DNA from: Nemertoderma westbladi | Taxonomy: Eukaryota > Animalia > Xenacoelomorpha | Reading direction: 5' to 3' | NCBI GenBank assembly: GCA_032718475.1 | Contig: JAUCBJ010007289.1 | Coordinates: forward strand, 420,741 to 484,740 | Length of the DNA stretch: 64,000 nucleotides | In this document: in pieces, positions 58,331 to 64,000 of the stretch | How the letters are laid out: each line of letters starts with the position of its first letter | Numbering within the stretch: position 1 is the stretch's first letter | Position numbers and translations under genes: made by a program | Notes under the pieces: generated by a model | The model's input: the letters and a program-made list of their open reading frames with translations, nothing else | Database searches by the model: none | Told to the model about the DNA's origin: nothing

Positions 58331-60464
58331 GCGACTAAATACAGAAATATAAAAAAAAAACCTGTCTGCATGTCCAGGTTTTGAACTGCGCATCACGACT
58401 CTATTAGGCCTAATTTTAGTAATATACTGGTATTTTCTGATTTTTATGTAGGCCTATATTGGTATTGTTTATACATGTTACCTAGGCTACGTCAGCTGGT
58501 GGTGGGACAATGTTTGTTTTTATATATTATATATATTGATATTAAAATGTGAAAAAAAAAAAAGTAACTGAGAGAACGTATTACTTAACACATCATTACG
58601 TTCCCAAACCCGGTAAACCCCATGAAGTACGAGTCGTATTCGATGGCTCCGCTCTATATATGGGCCAATCCCTCAATTCCGAGTTGTTACCAGGACCCAA
58701 CTTACTCCAATCTTTGTTGGGAATACTTTTAAGATTAAGACAATATTCCATCGCGTTCGCCTCCAATATAGAAGGAATGTTTTTACAAGTCAAGGCACTG
58801 GATAGAGATAGAGACAGCCTAAGATTTCTGTGGTGGCCTGAAGGGGATCTCAACCAGAAACCGGTAGAGTACAGGATGACCATCCAGGCTTTTGGGATCA
58901 TATCAAGCCCTTCCAACGCCTGCTCCTTGGTGCGGACCACTGCGAATGACAACCGAGACGCCTTCTCCAAAGAGGTGATAGACAACATCAAGCGCAATAT
59001 ATACATGGACGACAATTTAAAGTCCCTTCCATCAGTAGAAGAAGCCATTGATGTCGCGAAAGGAACGGTAGAGTGTTTGAAAAGAGGTGGTTTTCGACTG
59101 ACGAAATTCACCAGCAACTCCCTTGAGTTTCTGGAAGCGATACCGGTAGAAGACCGAGGAACGAAAGACCTAGACTTAATAAAGGACGATCTTCCAGAAA
59201 CCAAGACGCTTGGCTTGAAGTGGGACACAGAAAGAGATATCCTGTTTTTTCAGCTAAAATAGCGAGACAATCCAGTTCGGACCAAACGGATTTGTTTAAG
59301 TATCCTGAGCACTTATTTCGACCCATTGGGATTTATTAGCCCAGTTATATTGATTGCTTGGAGTTTAGTACAACAAATGTGGCTTGAAAACCACTCATGG
59401 GACGATCCACTTAAGGGAGAACTGTTAAAGAGGTGGATGAAATGGGAAGATTCTCTACCTGCCATCGAGAGCTTTGTGATTTCCCGTGCATATTTTGGTC
59501 ATGTTCTCCCTACGTATTCCTATCAACTCCATGTGTTTGGAGACGCCAGCGACATGGGAATAGGTATAGTAGCATATCTGCGAGTCGAAACTCCGGATGG
59601 AATCAAAGTCGCCTTGGTTACCTCTAAGGCATTGATTAACAACAAGTTAAAGGTTCCTCGAGCGGAGTTAAAAGCGGCTTTATACGCTACAGCCATCGGC
59701 CGGAACGTAACAGAACAAATCGACTATCCACTGGAGAAAACTGTTTATTGGACCGACGCTTTACTCGTGTTGGAGTATATAACCAATGAAGTCTGTCAGT
59801 TCAGCGTTTTTGTTACTAACAGGGTAGCTATTATTCTTAGTCGCACAAAGATAGATCAATGGAGACATTGCCCTGGTACGATTAATCCAGCCGATATCGC
59901 CTCCAGGGGAGCAACTCCACAGGAACTGATAGATACTCCAGACTGGTTGGGTGGACCCGACTTCCTGAGTAAGGAAGAGGATGAATGGCCTCCTCACCTT
60001 ACTACGGCGGAGATTAGACTAGCCAAGGGAGCGGAGAAAGTCAAACCTAAAATCCGGGCGAGTAAATCGAAGTTATTTAAACCGACGATCGATCTATCTG
60101 TGTTACATACTTCCGGAAACGATGCTTCGGATCCACAATCCCTCGCCACAAATAAGTCTGTTGTGGAAATTAGAGATAGAGATTGGAAATCTGGAATACC
60201 AGACGTCTCGCAAGGAATCTCACCCCTGCTGCAGAGAGTAATGCATCACTACAGTTCCTGGAATCGGCTCTGTAAAGCCGTCACATATTTAAGGAGATGT
60301 TTTCATCATCACTACTCCAGGACGAAGACCATTAGTGATACTGCTCCATTGACATCTGCGCAAGTTCATGTTATTAAAAATTTACCCAAATATAAGACAT
60401 CCGACCGGTTTCTAAAGGAGAAAACCAGTTACCAGGAGCATGAAGAAACCAATAAGCAGATACT

Positions 60465-63400
60465 AACTATCTACCATACCATGATCGTGATCGTATCTAC
60501 CATGATTGTTGTTATGTGTGATTTAGTCTGAAAAATGGTACTAACCTCAGAACCTATGCATATCAGCATATGCCAGGCCAGTATGCAGCGGAACTGAACT
60601 GAACTTACTGCTGTGTATTGTTCTGATTAAATATTAATTTATTCATTATTTTATTCAATTTTTCTAAATGGTGCCCAGTTCGCATCGTTGTTGCTCGTGT
60701 GCCCAAGGCGGCTGTAACCCCACGAGTCATTGTGGCTGTGTCCGGGCAGGTCGACCATGCCAGAGCTGCTCACCGTTAGCTGCAGGAAATTGCCGAAATC
60801 CCCGTAATGCCGCCCCGCCATCCAGCGTCGGTTCAATTCCCATCCCGATTCCGGTCGCTTCCCAACCGAGGAGCTCCTCCATCGTAGGTCCGAGCCAGGC
60901 TCCAATCCCGCCATTTCCTCCTCAAACTGTGATTCCGCCAAACCAACCATCATCAGTGCCGTCCACGGCGTCAGAGAAGCTGGAGTCCGCCTTTGGAGGT
61001 GTCTGGCTAAACAGCCCCGGGTCCTCTACAGATCCCATCTGGGAATCACGTCATGCCCGTCTCGCCTGTCTTCCCGGTAGACGTTACATCGTCCCTGGAG
61101 GAAACGCGGGGCGCAAGGTGGTGGACCTCGTCACCCAGGAGGTTGAGGGACTGACGCGGGGTGACTGGCCGTCGGATCGCCCTCTTTGCCTCATCGCGTT
61201 GATCTTTCAGAGGGACCCGGATTTGGTTAAGAGTCCCGATGTGAGGAGGACCATACTAAGGCGAGTTGCGATGTGGGAACAAGGTGAGTATGATGCGCTC
61301 CTTGCCGAAGCAGAGCGCTCCAACGCTAAGTTCCGCTCCGGATTCAACTCATCCCAAGAGAACACAGCACGCATGTTCAACCGAAAGATACTCGCCGGTA
61401 TGAACCGATCCGCGGTACGAATGGTGACAGACCGGGACAGTGGGGGGGTCCTTGACCCTAACGCCCAAGCGGAGGGCCAGCCACCTGGTGTCACCGTCCG
61501 TGATGTCCTCGAGGCTAAACATCCGCCACAGATGGACGTGCCATCGGATGCCCTCGAACCTTGTCCGGACCTTCCACCCCTGGAAGATGTAGAGATCACC
61601 GGGCTGATGGTCCTCAAGGCCGCTAGGATGCTTCGCGGTAGCGCTGGACCTGTCGGAGGAGACGGCGAACTCTGGAGTGCGCTACTGACACGCCACGAGG
61701 CGCACAGCGCCCGTCTGCGTGAGGCTGTAGCCGGTTTGGCCCGTTGACTTGCCAACTCTTTGGTACCGTGGGGTGAGATTCGGGCGCTGCGAGCGTGTCG
61801 GCTCATTGCGCTCGATAAGAAGCCTGGAGTCCGCCCAATTGGTATAGGGGAGGTCCTGTATCGTCTCCTGGCAAACTGTCTCACCTCGGAGACGAAGGCC
61901 GACCTCGTTCAGCAGTGTGGGGCCGATCAGCTGTGTGCTGGCGTCAAGGCTGGAATTGAAGGCGCTGTCCACGCAATGAACGCCATCTACGAGGAAGAAG
62001 AGACTGAGGCGATGCTCCTCGTAGATGCGAAGAACGCCTTCAACTCAGTTAGTCGCCCCGTGTCCCTCTGGAACTGCCGAGTCCTATGGCATCGTGCCTC
62101 CCGGTTCCTTTTTAATTCATATAATGGTCACGCGGCCCTCTACCTCCACGGCAGTGATGACCCGATATGGAGCCAGGAGGGTTGGACGCAGGGGGACCCC
62201 GCAGCGATGTTGGGCTACGGTTGCGCGACCCTGCCCATGGTGCGCCAGTTGCGGCAGGTCGATCCGCTATTTTCGCCAGACAACGCCACAGCTGTTGCTG
62301 ACTCGGATTTTGGAACGCCACCGAGCTCCCCATCACTGTTCGATGACACCGTCATCCCAGACATGACATGTGACTCATCTACTAGTCCACGACTCCTAGA
62401 TCCCCAACCTCACATCGGCCGCCAGCGTCAGTGCTGGTACGCAGATGACTCGGCCTCTGCCGGTAAACTTGCCAAAATACGCCTGTGGTGGGACGAGTTG
62501 ACGGGGGTCGGCCCCCTGATAGGCTACACTCCGGAGCCGACCAAGAGCTTCCTCGTCGTGAAACCAGGTTACGAGGCTGAGGCGAGGGAGTTGTTTGGTG
62601 ACACGGGTGTCCAGATCGTGAGTGGCCACCGGTTCCTTGGGGGCTTCATCGGGGAGCCCTCGGACCGTAAGGCTTTTGTGGGGGAGAAGGTAGCTGGTTG
62701 GGTGGACAGTATCAAGAAGCTCTCGACGGTCGCCAGTGAATATCCCCAGTCCGCCCACACGGGGGTCACCTTGTGTGTCCAAGCTGAGTGGGACTACCTA
62801 CTGCGCGTGGTACCGACTGCCGATGAGGAAATCGCGCCCATCCGTTCCGTTCTCCTCCAACATTTTGTACCCGCAATCTTCGGGACTCCACTAGGCGCTG
62901 CCGATGAGGACCTCATCCTGCTCCCCGCCCGTCACGGAGGGGTCGGCTTCCGCGACCCTCTGTTGCGCCGCGACCCAGCCAGGGCAGCCTCCACTGAGGG
63001 GACGGCCCTGGTAACTGAGGCCCTACGTTCTGGCAGGCCGCTCCTTGTACCCGTGCACGTCCACCAACTCAACCAGGCCCTCAAGCGATCGAGGGAAGAA
63101 CAAGAGACCACGTTTCTCGAGAAAAGGGATACTGCCCTGCAAAGCCTCCCTGCCCACCGACGCAGAACTGTCGAGCGGGCGGTTAATAATAAGACCGGTG
63201 GTTGGCTGACCGCCCAGCCGTCAGTACTGGACGGTACAGATCTTAGTGCAGAGGAGTTCCGCGATAACCTTGCGCTCCGGTACGGCCTGGTCCCTCCTGG
63301 TTTGCCAGCTACGTGTGAGGGTTGTGGGGGCGAGTTCTCCACCACCCACGCACTAAGCTGCAAGTCGGGGGGACTGGTCGTTAAAAGGCACGACGAGGTC

Positions 63401-64000
63401 CGGGACGTCTTCGGAGACCTTCTCTCCTCCGTTGTCGGACCTTCGAGTGTGGAGCGGGAGGTGACCCTGTCGCGGGGTCACCTGGACAGGGCCGGTTTTG
63501 TGGTCGGGGGCGTTCGGGCCGACCTGGTTGCACGTGGGGTCTGGGCTTCTCAACGGGTGGCGTCGTTCGACATTGCTGTATTAAATGCTGACGCCACCTC
63601 TTATGCCCAGGCCAACCGTTCAACTGAGTCGCTGCTAGACGAGCGCTGCCGCTATAAGATGCGCCACTACTGCACCGTATGTGAGGACCGGAGGATGTCA
63701 TTTACCCCCCTGGTCGGAACAACAGATGGTGTCTGGTGCCGAGAGGCCCAGATACTGTTAAAACACATCGCCGAGGCTCTCGTTGCTAAACACCAAGGGA
63801 TGAGGGAAAGGGGCCTCGCGTGTGTTTTGGGTGGTGTCCGGCGGCGCCTTCAATTCGCCCTCCTCCGGTCCAGTTCCCTCTGCCTCCGTGGCGGACGACG
63901 ATCATGGCGCGGTTTGGGGTTCGGGGATGGTGCGGGTCTGCGAGGTCACGACATCCCCGCGCAGTATTGACCGGCTGCTTGGGCTCTTCATCGGCAACGC
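60465..64000 (+). mobile_element. CRE-clade non-LTR retrotransposon #2 (different family); 3' end beyond the window
   Basis: BEL pol homology stops at ...AAGCAGATACT (60464). A ~200-bp 5' UTR follows, then an RT-RLE ORF. Confidence 0.9.
60668..63970 (+). pseudogene. ~1,100-aa RT-RLE protein with an N-terminal CXC-like module and one in-frame TGA at 61745-61747
   Basis: CCSCAQGGCNPTSHCGCVRAGRPCQSC..CRN, GVRPIGIGEVL, LVDAKNAFNS, QGDP, WYADD, CEGCG..HALSC, KRHDEVRD, RADLV..FDIAV. Both ORF pieces share one frame. Confidence 0.9.

Larger units (their letters stand above)
53840..58562 (+). mobile_element. CRE-clade (RLE-type) non-LTR retrotransposon #1, apparently full length
   Basis: 13-14-bp TSD (A)GTAACTGAGAGAA at 53826-53839 and 58563-58576, a 3' poly(A) tail from 58552, and a single long RT-RLE ORF. 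Confidence 0.92.
49100..60464 (+). pseudogene. gag-pol: gag-pol of copy 3, disrupted
   Basis: Gag is open for ~1,050 codons from 49100. Lesions: 2-nt deletion at ~52245, TAA at 52974-52976, A-run frameshift at ~53400, non-LTR insertion 53840-58562, TAG at 59260-59262, and a second insertion after 60464 (before integrase). Confidence 0.93.
45667..64000 (+). mobile_element. BEL/Pao LTR retrotransposon, copy 3 (subfamily A), interrupted by two non-LTR elements; 3' part presumably beyond the window
   Basis: 5' LTR at 45667-46824, leader, then gag-pol pieces 49100-53839 and 58563-60464. Left flank is CCTTT (predicted TSD). Confidence 0.93.

Noticed and set aside
60450-60470. Shared ACTGAGA target motif for both CRE insertions
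   Set aside because: The motif lies at different offsets from the two junctions and the second TSD is outside the window; likely chance.

Overview
This is AT-rich eukaryotic (probably invertebrate) repeat-dense DNA with no recognisable host gene. Three same-strand copies of an unusually large BEL/Pao (Belpaoviridae-type) LTR retrotransposon dominate it. The complete copy (23951-43377, 19.4 kb, 5-bp TSD CTCAT) runs: LTR (~1.18 kb), ~2.2-kb repeat-rich leader, single gag-pol ORF (~2,690 aa when repaired; PR-RT-RNaseH-IN), 1.6-kb structured spacer, extra ~1,417-aa ORF3 (coiled coil, WRN/RNase D-like DEDDy exonuclease fold, zinc knuckles, basic tail), PPT, LTR. Most notably, there is no tRNA primer-binding site after the 5' LTR. 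The 11-13 nt abutting the LTR are instead perfectly complementary to a sequence ~410-430 nt inside the LTR, and the pairing is kept by compensatory changes between two LTR subfamilies. This points to Tf1-style self-primed reverse transcription in a BEL/Pao element. The pol-ORF3 spacer holds what looks like a relic PPT/LTR/tRNA-PBS cassette and covarying hairpins. Copy 3 is interrupted by two different CRE-clade RLE non-LTR retrotransposons. The rest is a CR1-group LINE fragment, MITEs, minisatellites and a 677-bp tandem array derived from a TIR element.
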